Below are positions 36,539-49,869 of a DNA stretch of 64,000 nt, in pieces (position 1 is the first letter of the stretch; each line of letters opens with the position of its first letter). The notes under the pieces are model-generated. The model was not told where the DNA came from. It saw nothing but the letters and a program-made list of their open reading frames with translations, and ran no database searches. Origin of the DNA: Fistulifera solaris (taxonomy: Eukaryota). The stretch covers positions 2,108,001 to 2,172,000 of the forward strand of contig AP026123.1 of NCBI GenBank assembly GCA_030295235.1, in the 5' to 3' direction. A program made the position numbers and the translations under genes.

Positions 36539-39500
36539 CTACATCATCATTGGTGGTTTCTCAGAATTCAGACCTGCAGACCTCCGAACACATTCTATTT
36601 CTAAGCGACGCTGATTGACTTTATCCAATGCTGTTGATATCATCGCTGAGACGCTTCTGGACGAGGGCGCTGGAAGAAATACAAGTCTGCACACTGATGT
36701 GGACTTCAGCATCTTGTGAAAGACGCTTAGTGCATTCTCAACAAAGGCCAACGAAGTAAGAAGGTGCTGCAGCTGATTGAGATTTCGACCGACCTGAGGA
36801 TCGGAGAGCTGCATTTCAAGGTCAAAGTACTTGTGCATGGTTGCTGCAAGAGTACCAGCTTCAGATTCCTCGATAAGTTTTTGTGCTTTCAAGATCTCCT
36901 CCGTGTCATTTCGGAAGAAGAGTTCGGGCAAGTAAAGTTCTTCCAATAGGATACGAGCACTTTTCCGATCAAAGGCCATGGTATTGTCAATCAGTTGGTT
37001 AAGATCATGCTTGTAGAGGCCACGAATAGCTAGTGCTTCTGACAACCAACAATCCGGAATTCCTACTTTCTTCAGAAGGAAATCCTGTACGGAGGAGTCA
37101 TGTGCATCGAAATGTTGCAAAACAATTTGTTTCGCTCGGAAGCGCTTGAGTGCCTGCTGTGTTGGATTTAGTTCAGCGAAAGCACAAAGCGAAATGAAAA
37201 CGGCCCAAATCCATTGCCCTTGTGAAACCAATTGTGAAACGTATCCATCAACCAGCCTTTCAGCATTATAGTTAGTTATCTTTGCAGAAGGATTTGAACA
37301 ACAAATCGCTAAGCCAAGATAAAAAGAATGCGAGCAATCGTGGAGATCCTGAGAAAACCCAGTTGGATCAATCACTTCGCAAACCCCGTCCTTGATACCT
37401 GCGCACATCAGCAATAGCTTATAAAGCATGTCCTGTGCGATGGATTTCTCAGCAGCGTGGGGAAAGGGGGCTTTACCGAGTAATATGTCATGGTCGTACG
37501 TTTCGATGACTTTCTTCAAATCCTTTCCCTCAGATTGCCACAAACGTAACGCCAGCCGCCGGCGCCAATCTAGGGAGTTTTTCTGCTGTGATTGCAAGAG
37601 ATCTTCATAATCGCCAGCATGTCCGAGGGCTTTCATTACTCGTACAGCTGCTGATTCAACTTTCGAGGCGCATCCTTGCTCAGCGAGTAAGGCAGACTGT
37701 CGAATAAATTCTCGGCGTTCAGCATTCCCTACGGTAAGCGCGACAAGAAGATTTAGGCATCCAGCCTCACTGGCCAAATGGCATGATCGATCCAAGTCAG
37801 CACTGGACAGTGCAGCAAAAACAGATTCAGCTGAGGTTGTTTTCGTGTTCCCATCCAGAATGCTTGGCTCAACATCTGGGTGACAAACATCGATCAAGAA
37901 ATCATGGGCGGCAGTTACCTGACGGTCAGTAACACTGTCAGAGTCACTATGAAAAAGAGAAGCTTCGTTAACATCATTAGACCATGCCTTACTTCAGAAT
38001 GAAGTGACGAGGATGTTGCGAGGCTCTGAATGGCTCCTATCAGCTTAGGACTCGCTAAGTCGCGTCCAGGAAGCATGAACAATGGGGCGTTTTCAACGTG
38101 CTCGGAAAGATTGGCTTGGATGACATGATTACTCAAGATACTAGCAGGGGCCGCGATACCATTTGAAGAATTTACAAGTGGTCGTCGTTTTACTAAGACA
38201 TCGGACACGGATCCACGTTGTAGTTGAAGAAAGGAGCCGTTAGGGAGCCAACCGACTCGGAATGACCTCCTCATTCTCATCCCCATATCAATCGATGATG
38301 TCGGCACCTTACATTTTGCGGCTATCCGGTTGCAAATACTGTACGAGGTATTGGCTCCGCGTAAACTCTTGTTCGGGTCCGCAATGACAAAAATTGGCTG
38401 ATAGTCGTCCACGATGTCTTGCCCTTCATTCTCAAAAGTTACTACATGAACAGGCTCAGCTACTTTCGTATTCTCAGCCGCACGTTTCAGTTCAATTTGT
38501 TCACTGACCATATCTGCTTCTATCCTATACCTGTCAGCCAAAGATTCAACCACGATGTCGACGTCGCTAACCATGGTAGCATCCTCAGAATGACTTGAAC
38601 AGTCCATGTCTTGTTGAGTAGTGCGAGATTGTTTTGTCATGATGGGCAGCGGTTTTGGATCAAGATCGCGTTTACTCGGTAAAATTTCGTTTTTACTAAA
38701 ACCGCCAAGGCCTTCGTCATTGTCTGAGTCATCGTCGACTAAAGCATATCTGCTGAAATGTTGCACACGAATCTTCCAAACCCCTGAGTTCTTGTTGTAA
38801 TCAATGAGTTCAGCGCCCATGTTTGTGGTTCTCATGACCACTTTCTGTGCATAGCGATTTCTTTCTTCTTCAGAAGCATTTCGACCAGCTGGTGGGAAGA
38901 CATCATAGCATGTAATGATGGCAGGCCGGTTCAGTTTCGAACCAACCGCAGGTTTTGTACCCTGCTCTTCTTCTAACGAATACACTTCAACGGCCTTCGG
39001 TTCAATCGATATGATACTATCAAGGTCGGCGCCCCGAATATCGACTGCGCCTTCCCATTCTACCATTCCCACACCTGTTCGTCTTACCGAAAAAGCGGCA
39101 ACAGTTGCCAGATCTGCTTCCGACATCCTCTTCATGTCCTCGATGCTCGGAGACACTTCGTAACCTGGCTTAGTCAGTTTTGGCATCAAGCTTGAATCCA
39201 AGGATACAGCGTTATTGGTCGTTGCGGGAGGTGAAAACTGCGGATTCTCAGCACCTATCAACTTGTTGTAGTATTCTTCCCCGGGGTCGCGACGGAGCGG
39301 GTCTGGCGAGAGAGACGGTGACTTATTGAGCGATTGCCCTGCGGTAGCACGCAGCGACGAAGGCGGTGGTGGAGATACATCCTCAGGTGGGGGCTGAATG
39401 TCCTCCTTGGTAGCAGTAGAGGGTGACGGTACAGATGTATTCAAACGAAGCGGGCGTCGTTGTGTCAGTTTCTTTTCCGATTCGGGTAACACAACCAAAG

Positions 39501-41561
39501 TCAGCGCCGAAGAACGCGCAAACGATTCAGGTGTCATGACCGCCCGATTGTCCCGACCAATGGGAGCGATAGGCGGCGTTTTGCTTTTGTTATCCTCAAA
39601 GAATCCTCTCGGGCGAATCTTTACGGCAGAAGTGGGAGTGGAAGCAATGTGAGGAAGATAAGCTGGTCGGGATAAGCTATCGGACTCGGCTTGATTTGTG
39701 GGAGTCGTCCGTGACCCACCGGAGGGAGATTTTCCCTTCCATACGTCAAACTTTTCAAGTTCTTTCCTTTCATTCACTAAAGCACGAACTTGTTGCGCAA
39801 CCACAGCATTTACTGGTTCGGGAACTACGTATGTATTTGCTGGTATTACAGGCTGCTGTGCCATGGTCGAAGCAAAGGGAGGAGCGCCAAATCCACCCGG
39901 TGCAGGCGCTGAACTACCAAAGAAACCGCTCTCGGGTGGCTTCGCACCAAAGCCACCACCGGCAGCAGGAGCCCCAAAAAGCCAGTGGATGGAGCAGGCG
40001 CTCCAAATGGTGCGGGGTAGGTGCAGACCCAAACAATCCTCCAGTTGCTGGAGCAGGAGCTCCAAAGGGAGCCGGGGCCCCAAATGGTGCAGGAGTTGGC
40101 GCAGATCCAAAGAGGCCACCACCGGTGGACCCGAATGGCGCAGGAGCGGGGGTACTGCTACTACCGAAAAATCCACCAGGCGCCGGTGCTGGTGCACCAA
40201 AAGGTGACGGGGCGGGTGCGCCAAAGGGTGACGGCGCCGGAGTAGAGCCAAAAAAATCCAGAAGGCGCTGGACTGGGAGAGCCGAAACCGGAAGAACCGA
40301 AACCAGAGGAGCCGAATGCTCCTGGTGCAGGAGCAGGAGTACCGAACGCAGAGGGAGCTGGTGCCCCGAAAGGAGCCGGAGCGGGTGCCCCGAATGGAGC
40401 AGGAGCGGGCGACCCAAAGCCACCTAATGCCGGAGCAGGCGCTCCAAAAAGACCAGTACTTGGCGCAGGTGCTGGAGACCCAAAGCCTCCAAAACCACCT
40501 GCCGTCGGATTACTTTGCCCTTTGTTACCCTGACTATAATCTTCGTATCGAAGTTCTTCAAAAGACTTATTTTCGTATTGTGGCATAGCAGTGATCGAGT
40601 GCAAATTCATTGACGTCTGTCCGTCTTGTCGATTGGTAACGGTAAAGGGAGCCGCACGGGTACCCCCTTGTGCCGGCGTTGTAGCCGGTTGCGCTCCAAA
40701 CAAACCACCCGATGGAGCGGGAGAAGGAGATCCGAAAAGACCGCCGGGTGCGGGAGCAGGCTGTGCACCAAAGGCTCCACCAAAGGCCGGAGCCGGCGCA
40801 CCGAACGCTGGTGCCGGGGCACCAAACGCCGGAGCGGGCGCACCAAACGCTGGTGCGGGAGTAGCACCGAATGCCGGAGCAGGGGCACCGAAGGCGGGAG
40901 CACCAAACGCGGGAGCGGGCGCCCCGAATGCGGGTGCCGGTGCCCCAAAGGCCGGTGCGGGCGCTCCAAAGGCTGGTGCGGGAGCCGCACCGAATCCGGT
41001 GGATGGCGCACCAAAAGCGGGCGCTGGAGCACCGAATGCCGGTGCTGGAGCTCCAAACGGGGAAGGCGCCGGCGCACCAAAAGGCGAAGGTGCTGGGGCC
41101 CCAAACAATCCTCCCGAAGGTGCGGGGGCACCAAACGATGAACCAAATCCGCCAGTCGTCCCCCCAAACGTCGATGTCGACGGAGCCCCAAATGCCGGTG
41201 TTGTGTTCGTTTGACCAAACGGAGTCGAAGCTGGTGCTGGAGCACCGAACAAGCCCGGCGCGGGCGATCCGAACGCTGGAGCAGGAGCACTACCGAACAT
41301 GCCGGCCGGGGCACCAAACGGTGCCGGTGAAGGGCTACCAAAACCACCTCCAAATCCTGTCGGTGCCGGAGCTGGATTGCCAAAGAGTCCACCCGACGCC
41401 GGAGCGCCGAAGGTAGATCCGAACGGAGCTGGCGCGGGCGTCCCGAACGGTGCCGGAGCGGGTGAACCAAACAAACCTCCCGACGCGGGGGCCGGACTCC
41501 CAAAGGCCGGAGCCGTATTTTGACCAAAGCCGGATCCGAAAGCGTTGCTTTGACCGAACAT
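36539..41561 (-). CDS. NUP98: Nup98-Nup96 precursor nucleoporin
   Basis: FG repeats, GLEBS 'SITAMPQYENKSFEELRYEDY', autoproteolytic domain ending 'VQHFSRY', Nup96 'RRSFRVGW' and helical C-terminus. Frameshifts about 40255, 39990 and 37915. Probable 5'UTR intron (donor 41704). Confidence 0.93.
40785..41065 (-). repeat. Coding tandem repeat, about 21-nt unit encoding FGAPAPA
   Basis: Repeated AFGAPAP units in the Nup98 FG domain; synonymous positions vary. Confidence 0.85.
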
Positions 41562-42226
41562 AGCGATATACTATTCACAGTCTAATCTAAATGAGTCTTT
41601 TTGAGGGAAGTAGGACGAAAATGAGTGCAAAACGTCAAGAAATCGAGAAAGGAAAAGAATCAACGGCGGTTGGATACAACACAGAAAAATCAAAGAAAGC
41701 TTACCTTCCGCCAAAGTACTTCAATCAGTTCTGCTTTATGTTCACTTGTAGTATTGCGTGATTCTTTGCTTTAAAGAGTGAGTTGTTGGTGCTGCCGAGC
41801 TCGAATGATGGTTTGGGCACCAGCAGTTGGACGACAATGGGTTATTGCTGCCGCTGCACTCCTTTTCGACCGCGCGCCCATCTTGTTGCTCGTCGTTGCG
41901 ACAGGGAGCAGGGAGGCTGGCGCCTTTTGCGCGCGTGCCGGCACGGTATCTAATGAGAAGCGGTGTGATGTTTATCTAAACAATGCTTATTGAATATAAC
42001 CCAATCTAACCCAGTGTGACACACTTAGGTACACAAACAACCATACGATAATGGGCTGTAGGTTGTTTGAAACTACAGTTAACGTTAACCCTAGAGGCTT
42101 TTGGGGCGCAACCCATGCAATTCATTCTCGCGTCTACTCGCTCGTCTCCATTTTTCGTCGACGCTCCTTTTAGTTGCCATCAATAATTATTCGACAAGCA
42201 TCTCATAATCATTAACAACAATAACC

Positions 42227-42664
42227 ATGGAAGCAACCGGCACGGAAACGAACCAACCCGAGCGCAACAGTACCGAAAGTTCGCATCCGGAGGACCGCTT
42301 GTCCAAGACGTGGCGCCATTTGATATCTTCCGTCTTTCATGCGACATCCAAGGCGGAGCAAACGACCGCGGATGTGGCTTCTATTAAAGAAATTGACGAT
42401 GCGGTTGTGGCGTTTTTGCGAGCGAGACTGGAATGGGGACGGAATATTTCGTTTCTCGAAGCCAAGTTCGAAGGCAAAGCGAAAGAAATGGAAGTGTTGC
42501 AGCATTATAGCCGGACACAACCGTGTTTGGGGTTACGGAAGAGAAAGCGAGAAGTAGTGAAGGAAAATGACGTATTATCTGTATCACAAACGATACAAAC
42601 GGCCGCGTCTACACAAGAACCTGTTGCTACCAATCCGAGCAACACCGAGCAGTCACTGATATAG
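42227..42664 (+). CDS. Hypothetical protein (145 aa)
   Basis: ATG in aaccATGG context, ORF fills the gap between genes, basic 'RKRKR' patch. No family recognised. Confidence 0.6.
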   Translation: MEATGTETNQPERNSTESSHPEDRLSKTWRHLISSVFHATSKAEQTTADVASIKEIDDAVVAFLRARLEWGRNISFLEAKFEGKAKEMEVLQHYSRTQPCLGLRKRKREVVKENDVLSVSQTIQTAASTQEPVATNPSNTEQSLI

Positions 42665-42791
42665 AGTTGTATAGCACAGTTCAGTTCACTTTTCTATTGA
42701 ATAATAAACAAACAGAGGTCTTAACATTAATAATTCTACTTTAGCTCACAGCCCTTGTTTGCGTGACATTCAAATTGATTCTATTGTTTCG

Positions 42792-44791
42792 TCATATAGT
42801 CACACCCAACTTCTGAGCGACTGCTCGGAATTCATCATGCCGAACAGAACGGTTTACGGTGTCATCTTTCGCTTTAAAGTTTTCCAGAAACTTGGAATGA
42901 TACGAGACAAATTGATAAAAGACGGGAAATTTGTGGCGTCTCACGTATCCCCTCTCTCTCCTATCGGCGAGAGCGAAAGCTTTCTCGAGTGCGGGCTCGT
43001 AGTACCATTTGGGACGGTATTTCTTGATGTAACGGCTCAACTGATCGTAGTTCACCTTTCCCCGCCCCTTCACGTCAATCAAGTCGAAGATACGCATCAG
43101 CACTTCCATGGGTGGCACGTCATCGTCATGCTTGCCTGGACCGCCATGACGGGCTTGGATCGTCTTGAGAAAATTACCAATCGTAGAACTGGCGTCCGAA
43201 TTGTCAGTATCACTTTGAGCGTCATCATCATTGTATACCACTTGAGATGAGCACCACGCACAAACATCATCCAGACGGACAGAATCCGGCTGGCTGCCCA
43301 TCATGCGTTGCATGGCTTCACTAATATCCATGCCGGTGATACGTTTCACTTGAGCAACCGCTTCGGCTCGGCTGATCTCGGCGTCTCGGTTTTCACCCCC
43401 TCCAAGTTGATTCCACAGGCTACTATAGCGAGCAGCGTATTCGCAAAAGACTGGAAATTCGCTCCGCAAGACATTGCCGTCCCGGTCTTTGTCGGCAAAA
43501 GCAATCGCACGGATCATCGAAGAGCCTTTATTGAGCTCCGGATATTCGGACGCGATAAGGTGATCAAGTTGATCCAACCCCATCATGCCTTTCTTCTCCC
43601 TGTCATACTGATCAAATGTCGTCATGAGAACTCCTAGCGGAGGAACGTTAACGGGAGTAGCTTTCTTGTCAATGTGTTTCTTCATGGCAGAATCGACCAG
43701 CGTTCGCTCATCTAGACTATCTTCACTTATCAAGGTACTGTTGAGGTTGTAAGCGTTTACACCCGCATCGGTAGACGTAGGCTCATCTTGACTATCGGCA
43801 CTTATCAACGTACTGTTGAGATTGTTTGCGCCCAAATCGTCACTCTTCAAAGCATCGTCAACAGTGTTCAGCACCACACCGATGTTCTCTTTGCCCTGAA
43901 GAGACAGAATTTCTGGAGAACTTCCTGGCCGACTGTCCCATGTTAGCAAATCAAGCTTCTTTTTTTGCGCAAGCATCGCAGAATGCTTGCAATCGCGCGA
44001 ATCCGTCGCCGTCCGGATGAATGGAATTCCAAGTCTCTTCCACATCCTCAAAAAGCCCCAACTTCTTCGCGACGGGCGTGTATTCTTTTTGGAAACCCGC
44101 CATTCATCGTCATTTTCAAAGAGAGTAAATTCATCCCACACGCTATTGAAGTATAGAACATACAGCAAGAAGTAGGGGAAGTCCACTTCGGCCAACGACC
44201 CGCCCTTGTTGCCGTATGAATCCACGGCCAACGCCCGGTACCGCAGACCCGGATAGACTTTCGCCAGATGCATTTCCAACTCGGAAATAGGAAGCAAACC
44301 TTTTCCTCCCACATCCAAATGACGGAAGAGTTGCAACACTTCTTCGAAACTGGGAAAGTCCGTGGATGCCAGCGCCGACTTGGCGTACTCTTTCGCTTTG
44401 GCGTCCGCATTCACTAACTTTTCCGACTGACTCTTTTCCGACCAGAAATCTCGGAGGGGATGGGGATTTTGGAATGTCGGGTGAGCTCGAATTTTAACGA
44501 TCGTCGATAATCCAATTTGCGCGGTTGCGCTATCGGTTCTGCGGAGTTTCGTCGGGGTCCGGACCTCACACCGGACGGCGATTTTTCTTTCGGTGGTATT
44601 TTGCGAGGAGCCGGAGTGTAGGATTTGAAGCGGGATGAGGTCAAGTTTCCCGAATATTCCAAAAAGCTCGAAGAGGTGCGTTTGAGGCCTTCCGGAAGCT
44701 CGGCGTCATTTTGCTTCAAGCGAGACGCGTTTGTTTGTGTTTCATACAGTCGCTCAAACACATTGCGGCTGAGGTACTTGTCGACGTCCAT
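42792..44791 (-). CDS. Multi-EF-hand calcium-binding protein (frameshift-split)
   Basis: EF loops 'DVGGKGLL', 'DREKKGMM', 'DKDRDGNV', 'DVKGRGKV', 'DRRERGYV'. ORFs 44414-44791 and 42792-44414 join if one A is restored near 44420. Confidence 0.75.
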
Positions 44792-45510
44792 AGTTCTCAG
44801 GGGGATATCTTAACTTCTATCTCCTAATTCTCACTTAGTCGGGTGACCAAAAATGAAATAGATCTGCAGCAACAGGAAAATGGATCGCTTCAACTGGTAT
44901 CCCTCGAACCGTATCTCCCTTGACCTCGCTCACTCGAATGACAGGTAACCAAGTTGTTTAGCAAGATACTTGGTTAAGGTTCACAATAGATGATTATCTC
45001 GTTTTCGATGTCTTGTTGCAAAGACTGAATGCATGCAGTTGAATCAACTGCAGATTTCTTTTGCGCGCAAAAGAAACCAGGAGATGGTGGTGCATCCTCC
45101 CTCCAAGTACCGCTTTCTCGATGTGTACTTTTAGTGGAATACAAAGAAAATTGGAACTGTTTTCAGCAAATGGGAGCGGCAGTCTGGCGCACTCTATTTT
45201 TGGGCTTTTGGGACGTCATTGCACTTAACAAGTAATAGTACGAAAAGGCTTCTCTTATATCCATAAAATACTATACTCGTAAATGTAAAACAAATTTTTG
45301 AACTTATCTGTTGGAAAATTTAGGATTTCGTGCGGAGGCCGCGCGCGCTCGGGTCGCGGTTGTCTTTACCGGTACGACTTCAAACTGCAACCACTGATTT
45401 TGGAAACGTTCTTTGCGCGTTCATCACAACACCATTATTTACATCGGCAATCACCACTGGAGCGTCTCATAATAACATCAATCGATTTTATCATTCAGCG
45501 AAAGCACAAC

Positions 45511-47409
45511 ATGAGCTCCCCGAATGAGAATGGACACGAGGAGGAAGTCCAGAATGTTTTGGATCCCGACGCCGTAGTGCCCCAACTAGCCTCGCAAAAC
45601 ATCAATTTCGGCGACATGGCCATTGCCGTCAAAGTACTGAATGCCGTCGGGGACTTGATGCCCAAAAAGAAACAAAAGACGACAGAATATTCGGACTATT
45701 TGAGCCAGTATCAACATAAGAATTTGAGACCATTCCGCAAAGCACTCTCAGCTTGTCTCGAATTACACAAACGCACGATGTTCCAAGGGAAGACCGAAGA
45801 ACAACATTACGAACAGAGATTAGAGGAAAGAAAGTTGAAACGACAAAAGATTGCCGAGACACAAATGCAAAAATTACACATTGCCAAAACGGCTCTCCGA
45901 AAGGGTCGATTGGAGCGACTGCAGGAATTACTGACCGATCAGCAAGAGGGAAGAACAGGCCAAGCTGCTGGCCAGTCAGAATCGATTGACGTTTGTTCCG
46001 GACGGTCATGTGGAAACGGCATGTCCCATGATGCTCAAGGATGTAGCAGAAGAAGAATTTGTGGCCCAGCTACCGAAACTACGCTCTTGTTACGTTTGTA
46101 AGACTCGTTACCGGGAGTTGCACGCATTCTACGACCAGCTGTGTCCTGTTTGTGCTGCCTTGAATTGGCAAAAGCGTCATGCAACGGCAGATTTGACCCA
46201 CCGCGTGGCTGTGTTGACCGGAGCTCGGGTGAAAATCGGCTTGCAGACGGCATTGAAGCTCTTACGCGCGAATTGCACGGTGGTCGCAACCACTCGTTTT
46301 CCGAATGCAGCAGCTGCCGTGTACAGAAAAGAAAGGGACTTTGACGAATGGAAGGATCGATTGCATATTTATGGGTTAGACTTGCGAGATGTAGCTGGAT
46401 TGGAAGCTTTTGTGCGCTACCTAAAGCTCAAGTTTACCAACGGGATCGATATTCTGATCAATAATGCCTGTCAGACAGTACGGCGTCCCGCTGCCTATTA
46501 TACACCCCAAGTGCAGCGAGAGCAAGACCTGTGGACTGCAGGAGATGATGTTCATAGGTCTATACTTGCTGGATGTCAAGAATTTGAGCGGATACGACGA
46601 AACGTCATGATGGATCATAAGAAAAGCGAGAAGCGTCGAGATGGTGGTCAGCTACCTAGCATACTTCCGGCAAGTGCTGGTGAAACCGAAAGCTTTGAAG
46701 AGATGGACGTCAGCACAAGCGAAGGTGAAACTGAGTTGAGAGTTTCAACTGTCAACCAGCCAACTCCATTCGATGTGAGTGGTCTTTCACATTCTGCTGC
46801 CATGTCCCAAATGGTTATTTTACCTGAAGATGCGGGGTATCGGATTCTGTCCTCCCACCCGGGATCACAGACATTAACGGCCAGCAACTAGACTTGAGGA
46901 CGACCAACTCATGGCTCTTGAAAATGGAGCACGTATCGACTGCTGAATTGATGGAATGCATGTTTGTAAATGCCATTGCACCCTTCGTACTCAATTCGCG
47001 TTTGGTACCATTGATGACTGTGCATTCTGGAGACGGGCCGCGTCCTGATCGTTTCATAATCAATGTGTCTGCCATGGAAGGAAAATTTTACAGATATAAG
47101 ATGCCCAATCATCCTCACACCAATATGGCTAAGGCTGCTTTGAACATGATGACAAGAACGTCCGCGGAGGATTTGGCGACAAAGCATGGTATCTACATGA
47201 ACTCTGTCGACACTGGATGGATCAACGACGAGAATCCAGTAGAGAAGGCAAGTAAAATTGCCGAAGTTAATCATTTCCAAACACCGATAGACGAGGTCGA
47301 TGCCGCTGCTAGGATACTTGATCCTGTATTCAGCGGCGTGAACAAACAGGACAACGATGTGCTTGATTACGGAAAGTTTTTGAAGGACTACAGAGAAACT
47401 GAATGGTAG
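45511..47409 (+). CDS. Short-chain dehydrogenase/reductase with N-terminal CxxC...CxxC zinc ribbon
   Basis: 'RSCYVCK...LCPVC', 'TGARVKIG', 'DILINNA', 'NVSAMEG', 'HTNMAKAALN', 'DTGWI'. Frameshifts about 45950 and 46840. Confidence 0.85.
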
Positions 47410-47468
47410 GAAGTGATGATTCAGAGCACTTCACATAAAATCATACAATCATCCTAATTTGTTAACGT

Positions 47469-48926
47469 CTAGAATACAATAGCAGCAGCCAATACAAGAC
47501 ACGCCGAGTATAATGCAGTTGGGGCGTATGCGGCACTTCCAATGCCTTCCGCATTGGAAAAGCTGGCATACGTACTTTCGTCGGAACTACCGCTGGACTT
47601 TTTACCGGATTTCTTCGACAACTTTTTCGATCGTTTGCCCGATTTAGAGTTACCTTTTCCGGATTTCCCCTTACCTCCTTTCCCAGATTGACCCTTGCCA
47701 AAGAAAGATCCTTTTCCGCCACCACTTGGAGGTGTTGGGAAAAAGTCGCCAGATGGTGCAGAAACGGGAGGTGCAGTATCACTGACTGGTGAGGGATTTG
47801 TGGGGATGATTTCCGTGACCGGTGGAGGTGCCGGTGCAAGCGTCTCAAAACCGCCAACGGGTGCCGTGGGAATGACTTCCTCGATTGCAGCTGTCGGAGT
47901 CTGTGTTGTTTGTTCTTGGGGCAATGGTGATGCTGAAGTCATGGCGGGCGCCAACGTGCTAGGAATGGGTGACGAAACTGGCGTTTCAATGGTAACGGTA
48001 GGAGTAGGTCCCATCGTACTTTGTTCCTCCAGGGGCGCGGCGGTAGGAATCGATGTGGTGTTCGTATCATCTATTTCACTTGTAATCAGTTCTGTTTCAC
48101 CATTGTCGTAAAGGCGAATCCAATCGACTAACATACTAGCCGGCAACGGAGCGGTAATTTCCTCAGGTCCCCGGAAATCGCATCCTCCCGATGATCCGCT
48201 CGAAGAAGACGACCCTCCGCACGATTCCTGGTCTGTTGTGAAGCCACCACCCACCGCTATATTTAGTAAAATACCATGCTGCCAGTGAAATTCCTCACAA
48301 TCGGTACAACTGGGGCCAATGTCGAACCTCATGACGGTCGTATCATCCACAAACGTTTCAATGAAGGTGCTGTTCCATTCTATCTTGTAGACGTGCCACG
48401 CACCGTTCAGGTCGGTGGGAAAATCAATCGCATCATCATGAAGAGCATAAGTTCCTTCGTGAACCCAATGCGCTGCGGAGTACACTTTTCGGTTATCTTG
48501 TCCCCGCCATCCAACTTCCGCAATATCGATTTCTCCACTGTCCGGCCACGGCTTATTCACATCGCCCATCAACCAAAAAGCCGGCCATAAACCAGAGACA
48601 ACATCCGGCATTTGAATTCGGGCTTCCAACGTCCCGTACTTGAACGCCACTTTGCCCATGGTCTTGACACGAGCCGATGTAAAGACGGTATCACCGACTT
48701 GGTGAGCTTGAATGACCAGATTCCCATTTTCTACCCGAACATTGGCGGGCTCTTTCGTATAGGTTTGAAGTTCACCGTTGCCCCATTGATTCACTCCTGT
48801 CCCCAAGTCATAATCCCAATATTGTGTGTCGGGTTCGTAGGACATGCTGTCATCGAATTCATCCGACCATAGTAAAGATGCCGAGGCCATCTGGGAGGTC
48901 AAGAGGACGAATGTGGATAACTTCAT
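47469..48926 (-). CDS. Secreted, GPI-type GH16 beta-1,3-glucanase-like protein with Pro/Thr linker and Lys-rich tail
   Basis: Signal peptide 'MKLSTFVLLTSQMASA', 'WSDEFD', 'WPAFWL', catalytic 'GEIDIAE', hydrophobic C-terminus. Confidence 0.9.
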   Translation of the reverse strand: MKLSTFVLLTSQMASASLLWSDEFDDSMSYEPDTQYWDYDLGTGVNQWGNGELQTYTKEPANVRVENGNLVIQAHQVGDTVFTSARVKTMGKVAFKYGTLEARIQMPDVVSGLWPAFWLMGDVNKPWPDSGEIDIAEVGWRGQDNRKVYSAAHWVHEGTYALHDDAIDFPTDLNGAWHVYKIEWNSTFIETFVDDTTVMRFDIGPSCTDCEEFHWQHGILLNIAVGGGFTTDQESCGGSSSSSGSSGGCDFRGPEEITAPLPASMLVDWIRLYDNGETELITSEIDDTNTTSIPTAAPLEEQSTMGPTPTVTIETPVSSPIPSTLAPAMTSASPLPQEQTTQTPTAAIEEVIPTAPVGGFETLAPAPPPVTEIIPTNPSPVSDTAPPVSAPSGDFFPTPPSGGGKGSFFGKGQSGKGGKGKSGKGNSKSGKRSKKLSKKSGKKSSGSSDESTYASFSNAEGIGSAAYAPTALYSACLVLAAAIVF

Positions 48927-49869
48927 GGTTCTATCGTGCAACAAGGACTGTCGGCAGTAATTCTGTGCTTCCAAGGGTTCATTTGCGGACGAGATTAGAA
49001 AATTGTGAGCAACTAGATGTTGCTTTTCGTTTCTTGTGATTCTTCGAGTTCGGAGTCTCTTGCTTTTTTGTCGGTTGGAAAAGGGTGGAGAAAAAGATCC
49101 GGAGGAGCTTCGAGAATTTGTGGTGCACTTGTCTACTCTCATTGCGCAAGCCGGAATCCAACGGACGTAAGATGGTACAAAATGCATTATAGTCTAATAC
49201 TAATATTACTTTTCAGTATTGATTACTTTGAAACTTTTAGGCATATCACAGAAACTCTTTCAAACGTGTTTAGCATTCCATAGTACTTCGGTCGCCATAC
49301 TCATTGGGTAGCACCGTGAATTTCCATACCGGACGCCATCTCCAAATTTTCATCACGATTAAAATCGACTCCAACCTCCAGTCGTGGAACTTCGACCAAG
49401 AATTCTATGGATAATAGAGCGGCCCATCATGGAACGAGGCACAAGGCAGCAGCCTTGGTTTTGAAGAAAGAAGGAAAACGGTTTAAAAGAGAACAGAAAA
49501 TGATCTAGTCTGATGGATTGATTAGTGGCGTTGTTATCGCTTAAAGATAGGAAACTCGGTGCAGTTCATGGAAACAAAGCAACTTGATTAACCTTCCGTC
49601 AATGCAATGTGATTCACTATGGAGAGTTCAGAGTTGTGGCTTTTAATGCTTATTAATCCGTAGTTCGTTTCATTTTTCATGAAGCAATAGATGCCATGTG
49701 AAACCGGTACGACGCGTGACACATTGAAACGTGAATGAGCATTTTAGAGAACATAAAACGTACTGGTAAACAACAACTAACTTTTGCTTGAAAATGAGAG
49801 AATGCGCTACCAGGTAAAGAAAGACAAGAGCTTTCTTTTATGACTTATGAATTACTATTTTCGTAGAAA

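Noticed and set aside
39696..41523. Long plus-strand Gly/Ala/Pro ORFs and apparent CRISPR-like periodicity
   Set aside because: They are antisense shadows of the Nup98 FG repeats; there is no repeat-spacer structure and no cas genes.
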